From the NCBI GenBank assembly GCA_047602755.1, contig JBLKOM010000005.1:78936-142935 (forward strand): DNA of 64,000 bases, in the 5' to 3' direction. Below are positions 1-8,124 of this stretch, in pieces. Each line of letters begins with the position of its first letter. The first letter of the stretch is position 1. The DNA comes from Candidatus Woesearchaeota archaeon. Its GTDB lineage: Archaea > Nanobdellota > Nanobdellia > Woesearchaeales > JACJVV01. The notes below the pieces were generated by a model, which did not search any database, was not told the origin of the DNA, and saw only the letters and a list, made by a program, of their open reading frames with translations. A program made the position numbers and the translations under genes.

Positions 1-216
<216 letters not shown>

Positions 217-380
217 TTAAACCTCCTAGTTTTTATTTTTGTATAAGATTATTATTCTATATAAAATCGGCTTTTAGATGATTTATATATATTTTGGTAT
301 GTAAGAATATTAATTTTTGTTGATGTTTAAACAAATTTTTTAAAAAGTATAAAAAATAAATAAAATAATTTATGTTAAAT

Positions 381-1166
381 TTATGTTAATATATAATCCC
401 CTTTTAAAAGTTTATTTGGATATACAATTATTCCTTTTTTGTCTTTGATTTCAAATTCAACAATCTTTCTTGCAGCATCATCACCACGCATTTTTAATAT
501 CTCTAATGCTCTTCCTCTTTTTCCACTGGAATATATTACATTGTAAATAACAACAATTCCGTCAGAGAGAAAACTAATTGCTTCACCTGCCTCTGAAAAT
601 GAATTTTTTAAGTGTGAAGGATGTGCTTCTTCTCTGATAAGAAATGAGCTAATTTTATTTGCTTCTAAATACCTAAATAGTTGTTCCATATAAATTCTAA
701 ATCTGTTTTGTTCTCCAGTAAATGCTGATGAAATACTACTTAATGAATCTACTACTAATAAATCAGGTGTGAAATCTTTAGGGATTAATACTGGATGCAA
801 ATCAATTAGTAATTCTTTTTTTGCTTCAGATAATAATGCTTCAACACTTCTTGCAATATCAAGTGCATTAAAACGTTTTATTCTAAGAACATCTTTGTGT
901 TCATAAATTTCAGGATCAAATCCAAAATCTTCCATGTGTTCTCTTAATCTTTCCTCTGGTTCTTCAAAACTCATATATAGTACTTTTTTTCCTGCTTTAC
1001 ATGCTTCGTGTAGTATGTGTAGGCATAATGCTGTTTTTCCTGAACCAGGACCACCTTCTACTATTACAGCATTCCCTTCAGGTATTCCATACTTTAAGAG
1101 ATCATCAAAACCAGGTACATTTGTTTTAAAACGATTAATTCTTTTTCTCTTTTTCATCCTTATCAC
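381..1166 (-). CDS. KaiC/RecA-superfamily P-loop ATPase (KaiC-like, single domain)
   Basis: Walker A GGPGSGKT and overall KaiC/RadA-like domain layout. Its start overlaps the upstream membrane-protein gene by 32 nt. Confidence 0.75.
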   Translation of the reverse strand: MIRMKKRKRINRFKTNVPGFDDLLKYGIPEGNAVIVEGGPGSGKTALCLHILHEACKAGKKVLYMSFEEPEERLREHMEDFGFDPEIYEHKDVLRIKRFNALDIARSVEALLSEAKKELLIDLHPVLIPKDFTPDLLVVDSLSSISSAFTGEQNRFRIYMEQLFRYLEANKISSFLIREEAHPSHLKNSFSEAGEAISFLSDGIVVIYNVIYSSGKRGRALEILKMRGDDAARKIVEFEIKDKKGIIVYPNKLLKGDYILT

Positions 1167-2013
1167 CTTTTTTTAATATCATTGCTTTTTGTTCTTTTAG
1201 TAATGGTATTTGTCTATTTAAATCACGTAAGATTTCCCCATATTTTTTTACTTTTGTATGATACATACTTTCATTTAGTGTTCCCTCTTCAAAATAATCT
1301 TTTTGTGTTTTAGCAACTAAATTTCTAACTGAGTTAACTCTTACTTCCATATTTTTTATTTTTTTGTTAATTATAAATATCCTTACATGTTTTTGAGAAA
1401 TTAAGATTAACAGTAATATTATACCTATTGTTATTAAGATATTTTTATAATTTTGTTTAAGATAAGTTGTTAAGTTTCTAGAGTATGCATCATACAAGGC
1501 TCTAACTCTTGTTTCTGTTGCTTCTTGTTCTGAAATTCTAACATAAGTTCTTTCTATCAGAGTTAGTGATTCTTCATATCGTTCTGCCCTAAATGAGGCA
1601 TATGCTTGATCGTATATTTCATAGATTACGGTGATATTTACTGCAGTTGAAGCATTTATTATTTGTTCTAAAGTTGTTAATTCATCTTTTACTAAATATG
1701 CTAATTCTCGAAGTTCAGTTAATTCATTTAACCTAGTTTCTACAAGATTATAATTTGGTGTACCATTGTGTGATTCAATTTCTTTTTGTGCTGCAAAAAA
1801 TTGTTTTGCTAATAATAATGTATCATTATATCTTACAATTGTAAATCCTTCTTCTTTTAGATCAAGTAGTTCTAATTCTTTTTCTTGTATTTGTTCAGAT
1901 AAGAATAATGCTTGTTCAGATAATGCAATTGTTTCATTGTTATTAGCATATACAGGTATTATAAATAGTAAAGCTAAAATAATTATTAGTTTTAAATCTA
2001 ATTTATTTACCAT
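1135..2013 (-). CDS. Membrane-anchored coiled-coil protein: signal peptide, long extracytoplasmic helical region, one C-terminal TM and a Lys-rich tail
   Basis: Hydrophobic N-terminus, heptad-like E/L/K-rich middle region and a hydrophobic stretch near the C-terminus. No motif recognised. Confidence 0.45.
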   Translation of the reverse strand: MVNKLDLKLIIILALLFIIPVYANNNETIALSEQALFLSEQIQEKELELLDLKEEGFTIVRYNDTLLLAKQFFAAQKEIESHNGTPNYNLVETRLNELTELRELAYLVKDELTTLEQIINASTAVNITVIYEIYDQAYASFRAERYEESLTLIERTYVRISEQEATETRVRALYDAYSRNLTTYLKQNYKNILITIGIILLLILISQKHVRIFIINKKIKNMEVRVNSVRNLVAKTQKDYFEEGTLNESMYHTKVKKYGEILRDLNRQIPLLKEQKAMILKKGDKDEKEKKN

Positions 2014-2186
2014 ATTTAAATTGTATATAGATGATTTTGTTTTAAAACTTAGTTTTAATTCTGGAGTAGTTAATATATCTGGATTTGAGGGCTATATTTT
2101 CAATGGTTATTTTTTGCATTGTTTTTTTTGCAATAACTTAATAATAGCAATAAAAGTTTAAATAGCCGGGCTAATATTAAATAGAC

Positions 2187-2423
2187 ATGTTAATAGAGAT
2201 ATTTATGATAGTTGTTCAAATACAATTGTTTGTAATTTTAGGAATTTTATTTTATACTTTAACTAAGCACCCAAAACATAAGAAACCAGATCCTTTACTG
2301 AGACATTTAAAAGAGTATATTGCTGAAGGCTATACTATAAAGCAAGCAAAAGAAAAACTTGAAAAGATTGGTTTTGAAAAAGAAAGAACTGAGAAAATAT
2401 TACGTGATTTCTTGATGCATTAA
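2187..2423 (+). CDS. Small membrane protein, hypothetical
   Basis: 78-aa ORF with an N-terminal TM helix. No homology recognised. Confidence 0.3.
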   Translation: MLIEIFMIVVQIQLFVILGILFYTLTKHPKHKKPDPLLRHLKEYIAEGYTIKQAKEKLEKIGFEKERTEKILRDFLMH

Positions 2424-2441
2424 TTTAATTCTTAATTAAAT

Positions 2442-2786
2442 TTAATTCACTGAATTAATAACTATTTTAAGTCTTTTAAAGAAAATAAAAAAATAAATTA
2501 TGCTCATTAGTGCTCCAACACCTAATGAATATGATAATCTTAGGTTATTTGTAGTGTAAGCCCATGCTATTAAGATTGATAGAACACTTACAATTATTAT
2601 AATTCTATTTCTCATTTTTTCAAATTCTTTAGTATACTTTCCATCAAAAATTATTTTTTGGTACTTATTTGAACATTTTTTATGCAGTGTAGTAAATGGT
2701 CTAGTAGTTGTGCTATAAAGAAAACTAACAGCTAAATCATTTCTGTATAGTATTTCTTTTTTACATTCATAACATATTGGCTTCAT
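2442..2786 (-). CDS. Zinc-ribbon-containing membrane protein, hypothetical
   Basis: N-terminal CYEC...C(x)n motif and a C-terminal TM helix. Confidence 0.4.
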   Translation of the reverse strand: MKPICYECKKEILYRNDLAVSFLYSTTTRPFTTLHKKCSNKYQKIIFDGKYTKEFEKMRNRIIIIVSVLSILIAWAYTTNNLRLSYSLGVGALMSIIYFFIFFKRLKIVINSVN

Positions 2787-4333
2787 AGTATACTTTCTCC
2801 ACTCATTTCTTTTGGTTTTTCTACATTTAATAATTTTAAAACAGTTGGTGCAATATCTTGTAAACCTTTATTTTCTGGTAATATTATTTTATCTTTTTGC
2901 AAATGGGGATTATTACTTACAATTAAAAGATGAACTGGATTGATTGTATGTGATGTTTTGTATTTTCCTTCCATTTCTTCACAATTTCCATGATCTGCAA
3001 ATACTAATGCAATTCCATCTTTTTCAAGAATTTTTTCGCATGATTTTTTCACACAATCATCAACAGCTTCACAAGCTTTAACTACAGCTTCCCATACGCC
3101 AGTGTGACCAACCATATCTCCGTTAACAAAATTAACTATGATTACGTCGTATATTTCTTTATCTATTGCTTCACATAATTTATCGCATACTTCATAGACA
3201 CTCATTTCTGGTTTTAAGTCATATGTTGCAACTTTAGGACTATTGACTAGTATTCTATCTTCATTTTTCTTTGGTTCTTCAACTTGTCCATTAAAGAAAA
3301 AGGTAACATGTGCATATTTTTCTGTCTCAGAAATTCTTAATTGTTTTAATTCGTTATCTGCAATAACATCTCCTAATAAATTTGATAATGATTGTGGTCT
3401 AAAAGCAATACTAGCACGTGGATTCATGGGATTATAATAATCAGTCATTGCAACAAATTTTACATTTAGTGGTGTTCTATTCCATCCTTCAAATTCATCT
3501 TCAATTATTGCTTTTGTTAGTTGTCTTGTTCGATCTGTTCGGAAATTATAAAATATGATCCCATCATTTTCCTTTATTCCATTATACCACTTCGCTTTTT
3601 GTGGTATTATAAATTCATCTGTTTCATTGTTTTTATAGCTATTTTCAAGTGCTTTAATTGGGTCATCAAAAATAAGTTCTGTTTCTCCATTAACTATAGT
3701 ATCATAAGCTTTTTTTGTTCTTTCCCATCTTTTATCGCGGTCCATAGCATAATATCTACCTGAGATAGTGGCAATCTTACCTATTCCTAATTTGGATATT
3801 TTGTCTAATAATGTTTTTGTATGTATTACTGTGTCATTAATTTCACTATCACGTCCATCAGAAAAAATATGTATAATTACATTTTTATGTTCTTTTTGCT
3901 TGCATAAATCTAATATTGCCATTAAATGATCTAGATGTGCATGAACTCCTGCAATTTGTAATAGTCCCATTAAATGAAGTGTTTTATTATTTTTTTTACA
4001 ATCTTCAATTACATTAACTAATGCAGGATTTTTGAAAAATGAACCAGATTCAATTTCTTTATTTATACGAACCATAGCTTGATAGATAATACGTCCAGAG
4101 CCAATAGTCATATGTCCTACTTCAGAATTACCCATATATCCCTCTGGTAATCCAACTGCTTCACCTGACGCATTAATTAGTACTTTTGGATATTTATCCA
4201 TTATATAATCAGTATAAGGTGTGTTTGCTTTTATAGGACCATTTGCTTCAGCTTGTTCTCTGAAACCCCATCCATCCCGTATCATTACTACTATAGGCCT
4301 ATGAATATTTTTATTATTGTTGTTTTCTAGCAT
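2783..4333 (-). CDS. gpmI: 2,3-bisphosphoglycerate-independent phosphoglycerate mutase (bacterial-type iPGM)
   Basis: The N-terminus PIVVMIRDGWG and the SEVGHMTIGSGR metal/Ser motif, together with a length of about 516 aa, are typical of GpmI. Confidence 0.9.
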   Translation of the reverse strand: MLENNNNKNIHRPIVVMIRDGWGFREQAEANGPIKANTPYTDYIMDKYPKVLINASGEAVGLPEGYMGNSEVGHMTIGSGRIIYQAMVRINKEIESGSFFKNPALVNVIEDCKKNNKTLHLMGLLQIAGVHAHLDHLMAILDLCKQKEHKNVIIHIFSDGRDSEINDTVIHTKTLLDKISKLGIGKIATISGRYYAMDRDKRWERTKKAYDTIVNGETELIFDDPIKALENSYKNNETDEFIIPQKAKWYNGIKENDGIIFYNFRTDRTRQLTKAIIEDEFEGWNRTPLNVKFVAMTDYYNPMNPRASIAFRPQSLSNLLGDVIADNELKQLRISETEKYAHVTFFFNGQVEEPKKNEDRILVNSPKVATYDLKPEMSVYEVCDKLCEAIDKEIYDVIIVNFVNGDMVGHTGVWEAVVKACEAVDDCVKKSCEKILEKDGIALVFADHGNCEEMEGKYKTSHTINPVHLLIVSNNPHLQKDKIILPENKGLQDIAPTVLKLLNVEKPKEMSGESIL

Positions 4334-4412
4334 TTGATCACCTAATTTAATCTGTTGTTAAATATTTATATTTTTTATGTTATTCATCACGATTATTTTA
4401 ATTGTTTTGAGA

Positions 4413-4754
4413 TTAGAATAATAAACTTGTTCCTAGTGTGTTCACAAAAAGAATTGCAATTATTATATAAAAAATGATTATGAAAATAAATTGTAATAAC
4501 CACGCAAAAAATGATCTAAACCATCCAATTTCAAAAAACATAGCATAAACTGCAATCATTAGTATAAATGCAATAATTCCTGCCCATATTCTAAGAAGTG
4601 CATGAGCTAGTTCAAATACTATTGCACCTATAAATACTACTCCAGCAGTTTTTAATAATGTTGTTTTCCCACCTAAGAATCTAACTGAGAAATATAATGG
4701 TATTGAGGATACTATAAATATGATTATTCTTAATAATATTGCAGATAGACTCAT
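4413..4754 (-). CDS. Polytopic small membrane protein, hypothetical
   Basis: 113 aa, about 3 TM helices. Confidence 0.4.
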   Translation of the reverse strand: MSLSAILLRIIIFIVSSIPLYFSVRFLGGKTTLLKTAGVVFIGAIVFELAHALLRIWAGIIAFILMIAVYAMFFEIGWFRSFFAWLLQFIFIIIFYIIIAILFVNTLGTSLLF

Positions 4755-4919
4755 AAAACATTTTAAAATTAATACATATAAAAACTTTTTGTTTGATGCT
4801 ATTATTATTATTGTTTGAAATAGTCTTTTTTGATTACTTTTGCTTAAAATAGTTTTTTTAAAATTATTTTCTTATTTTATCCATTACATTTTTATAATAG
4901 TTATATTAAATATACAAAA

Positions 4920-5552
4920 ATGACTGAGAATATTGAATTTGCCAAAGATAATATTTTTACTTATAATATTAGTAAGAAAAGATTATTTGGGATATTTGTA
5001 ATATTTGGAGGAATATTTTTGTTGTTAATGGCATCATCATATTTTTTCTTTTTTCAGTATTTAGATAATTCATTTGTTAGGGCAGTTAATTTGTTTTTTG
5101 GTCATATATTTTCCCATATGACAAATATTACTTTGCTTGGTTCTTTTTATGTTGCTCTTTTTGGTGGTTTATTTTTTGTTTATGCACCAATAGAAGCATT
5201 ATTTGCCACATTTGTTTCTAGGCATAATCCTTTTTTAGTGACATTCTTTTTTGTTTGTGGCTTTTTGATATCTTATAGTATTAATTATCTTATAGGTTTT
5301 AAATTAGCTGAGTTGTCAAAATCATTAATTGGTGCACGAAAGTTTTACAAAGTTAAAGTTAAATTAAATAAATATGGTAGTTTAGCTATTTTTATGTTTA
5401 ATGCGCTTCCATTACTTCCATCACAGCCATTATCAACAATGTTAGGGATCTTTAAGTATAATAAAACTAGGTTTTATTTCTTTTTTTTATTAGGTCAGTT
5501 AAGTAAATTTACGGTTATAATAATTACTGTTACAGGTTTTGGTTTTAGGTGA
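4920..5552 (+). CDS. DedA/TVP38 (SNARE-associated) family membrane protein
   Basis: Multi-TM protein with a DedA-like core (F-N-A-L-P-L-L-P...). About 210 aa. Confidence 0.5.
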   Translation: MTENIEFAKDNIFTYNISKKRLFGIFVIFGGIFLLLMASSYFFFFQYLDNSFVRAVNLFFGHIFSHMTNITLLGSFYVALFGGLFFVYAPIEALFATFVSRHNPFLVTFFFVCGFLISYSINYLIGFKLAELSKSLIGARKFYKVKVKLNKYGSLAIFMFNALPLLPSQPLSTMLGIFKYNKTRFYFFFLLGQLSKFTVIIITVTGFGFR

Positions 5553-6004
5553 TAAAAATGAAAAATTTGCAAATATTATCAAAGAATTTTAGAAATGTTG
5601 ATTCAATGTTGAATTTACGAAATTATATTAGAAAAAAAGTATTTTCTAGTTCAGGCCAATACGTTGGTAAAGTTAAAGATGTGTATTTTCAGGGTAGTAC
5701 ACTAAATGGTGTATTAGTGAAAGGAAAGATTTCACTTTTTGTTGATAAGGAATATATTAGTTCTGATACTGGTGAATCTGTGATGTTAAGTATTGAGCCT
5801 GTTACCTCAATTATGGGTAAGCAAGTTTTTGATGCAGATGGAAGGAATTTAGGCAAAGTTATTGCACTTGAAAGGAAAACTAATGCAAACTCTTATGTAT
5901 CATTAATTATTAAAAGAGGTTTATTTCGAAAGAATCAAGTTATTCCAAAAGAGCATATTCAAGTTTGTAGTGATAATATTATTTTAAATAAAATTTATGA
6001 ATGA
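5549..6004 (+). CDS. PRC-barrel domain protein
   Basis: GKVKDVYFQG...G..V pattern typical of PRC barrels. Paralogue of the next gene. Confidence 0.5.
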   Translation: MIKMKNLQILSKNFRNVDSMLNLRNYIRKKVFSSSGQYVGKVKDVYFQGSTLNGVLVKGKISLFVDKEYISSDTGESVMLSIEPVTSIMGKQVFDADGRNLGKVIALERKTNANSYVSLIIKRGLFRKNQVIPKEHIQVCSDNIILNKIYE

Positions 6005-6006
6005 TT

Positions 6007-6030
6007 TTATTATTATTATTATTATTATTA
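6007..6030. repeat. (TTA)8 microsatellite immediately after the stop codon of the first PRC-barrel gene
   Basis: Perfect trinucleotide repeat ttattattattattattattatta seen directly in the sequence. Confidence 0.9.
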
Positions 6031-6062
6031 TTTGATAATGCTAAGAAAAGTTAGAAAAAAGT

Positions 6063-6500
6063 ATGGCAAAAATGGGTAATACAATAACGAGTGATGATAT
6101 TCTAGGAAAGACAGCTATTGCTCCGAATGGTGCAGTTTTAGGAGTAGTCATTAAAATGCATATCCAGAAAGACGCTAAGATTATAACTGGTTTAACAATT
6201 GATCAAGGTTTTATGAAGCCTGACCTTTTTGTCGGAATTGATTATATTAAGAATTTTGGGGTAGATACTGTTTTTTTGAGTAAGATGCCTTTTAATAAAT
6301 ATATTGGTATGCAAGTTTTAACTTCTGAAGGAAATAGTATTGGCCATGTAAAAGACTTTGTGATTGAAAGAAAGCGGATCTCAAAGTTTGTAGTATCTCA
6401 TAAATTTTCAAAGAAAATAGTATATATTCCTACAAATTCTATAAAAGAAATTGGCGGGAGTATTATTTTAAAAAGTGGGTTTAAAGAAGATTTGGTTTAG
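6063..6500 (+). CDS. PRC-barrel domain protein (paralogue)
   Basis: ILGKTAIAPNGAVLGVVIKMH... resembles the first PRC barrel. A second barrel-like half is present. Confidence 0.5.
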   Translation: MAKMGNTITSDDILGKTAIAPNGAVLGVVIKMHIQKDAKIITGLTIDQGFMKPDLFVGIDYIKNFGVDTVFLSKMPFNKYIGMQVLTSEGNSIGHVKDFVIERKRISKFVVSHKFSKKIVYIPTNSIKEIGGSIILKSGFKEDLV

Positions 6501-6508
6501 CTTATAAA

Positions 6509-7294
6509 TTATAATCTCATTTGTTTTAGAGGTGTAAATGACAATACTATTTTATGTTTGAATTTTTCATTAATATCATCTATAATTGTTTTTGCATACC
6601 CAGTTTCAGAAATGCTTAAGAATCTTGCATATTCTCTATGTGCACGATATTGTTCAAAGAATATTTTGTATTCATCTATTGTATTAAAAGAAAGATCTCC
6701 AAGTAATCTTATTTTGGTCATACCAATGGGTGATGCAATTCTAAAATCCATATTTTGATTACAGCATTTCATTAATTGATATAATGTCATATCTTTTACT
6801 GAAGGTATAGCTGAGTATGCAGAATATAATATATCACAATATTTTATGTCATCTTCTGTAGCACCTTGACTTTTTATTTGCTGTTTAAATTCATCAAAAC
6901 CAGTTTCAAAGTGGATATGATAATGTGTAACATGTTTTTTGATTAAAGCTATTTTTTTACTGTTTGGTGGGATTTTTGGTTTTTGATGATTAATAGCATT
7001 ATGAAATTCTAATCCTACATTATACCATATATTCTCTTCTTGATTGAAAAACCATGAGAATTCTCTAGATGATTCCATTGCATTGCACACTAATTCTAAT
7101 TCACCTTCTGATCTTCTAAGACGGGATTTATACATGGCTTCATCAATGGGAAGTTCATCTGATTCTAATAGTATCATCTTAGGAATGGGATTATTTACTA
7201 AGAAATCTCTTAAATGTTCACCTGAATTAGCTAAAACTTGATCTATTGTAATAAATGGCTTTGTTATTTTTTGTCTGATCTCATTTAGTTTCAT
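6509..7294 (-). CDS. Hypothetical cytoplasmic protein (261 aa)
   Basis: Long ORF with coherent coding composition. No motif recognised. Confidence 0.5.
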   Translation of the reverse strand: MKLNEIRQKITKPFITIDQVLANSGEHLRDFLVNNPIPKMILLESDELPIDEAMYKSRLRRSEGELELVCNAMESSREFSWFFNQEENIWYNVGLEFHNAINHQKPKIPPNSKKIALIKKHVTHYHIHFETGFDEFKQQIKSQGATEDDIKYCDILYSAYSAIPSVKDMTLYQLMKCCNQNMDFRIASPIGMTKIRLLGDLSFNTIDEYKIFFEQYRAHREYARFLSISETGYAKTIIDDINEKFKHKIVLSFTPLKQMRL

Positions 7295-7353
7295 ACTTTT
7301 ATAGAAGATTAAATATCTTTATAAATTTTTTTAGAATAACTACTGTAAAGTGA

Positions 7354-7857
7354 TTAATCCTTTTTAAATTCAAATTTATAGGATAATACGAAGAACAGAT
7401 CAGATAGTCTGTTTATGTATTTATATACTGATTCTCTTAATTGTTCATTACGCAGTAATTTTACAGCTTTTCTTTCTAGTGATCTTGTTCTAACCCGTGC
7501 TTCATTAAGATATACAGAAACTGGATGACTGAATCGTATAAATTTATTTGGTATTACATAGCTTAGATTAGAAATAACTAATTCCATTTCTTCAATATCT
7601 TTTTTTGTTACAAGCATAGACTCATCAGTTATATATCCTGAAATTTCACCTGCCATAAATCTTAGTTTATCTTGAATTCTTTCAATTAATTTAACATCTG
7701 TACTGCAATGTAATCGAACAAGATCTAATGCTGATTGAAGTTCATCTATTGCACCAACAGTATCAATAATTTCTGAATCTTTTGGAACTTTTGCATTTTT
7801 TATAGTGGTGCAACCAAAATCACCTATTTTTGTAGTAACTTTTGCCATCTTCATCAC
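7354..7857 (-). CDS. PduO-type ATP:cob(I)alamin adenosyltransferase
   Basis: TKIGDFGCTTI...IDTVGAIDELQSALDL matches the PduO/MMAB N-terminal signature (T-x-x-GD-x-G-x-T ... E-x-x-G-x-x-DEL). Size about 167 aa. Lies next to the adenosylcobalamin-dependent RNR. Confidence 0.75.
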   Translation of the reverse strand: MMKMAKVTTKIGDFGCTTIKNAKVPKDSEIIDTVGAIDELQSALDLVRLHCSTDVKLIERIQDKLRFMAGEISGYITDESMLVTKKDIEEMELVISNLSYVIPNKFIRFSHPVSVYLNEARVRTRSLERKAVKLLRNEQLRESVYKYINRLSDLFFVLSYKFEFKKD

Positions 7858-7902
7858 CCTTTTTATTAATATGTTGTGAAATATAGATTATAAAGTTATT
7901 TT

Positions 7903-8124
7903 TTATATATCACATTTACTAAATCCACATTCATCATTAACACAGCTATGGCATCCACCTTCAACTTTAAGTGTTTGTTTACCGCATGCAGGACACTTTG
8001 CTAGTGTTAAGTCAGCAACTATTGAATTATCTGCAACTTCATTTACTTTTACAGTACTTGCATTTGTAAAAACTTCTTCATCTTCTTCTATTTCTTCAAT
8101 TGTAAAATAACTCACTATCTTCAC
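7903..8124 (-). CDS. Stand-alone Cys-rich zinc-finger protein corresponding to the C-terminal redox zinc finger of class II RNRs
   Basis: CPACGK...CHSCVNDECGFSKC, i.e. CxxC...CxxC plus extra Cys. A GTG start overlaps the nrdJ TGA stop (GTGA). Confidence 0.6.
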   Translation of the reverse strand: MKIVSYFTIEEIEEDEEVFTNASTVKVNEVADNSIVADLTLAKCPACGKQTLKVEGGCHSCVNDECGFSKCDI

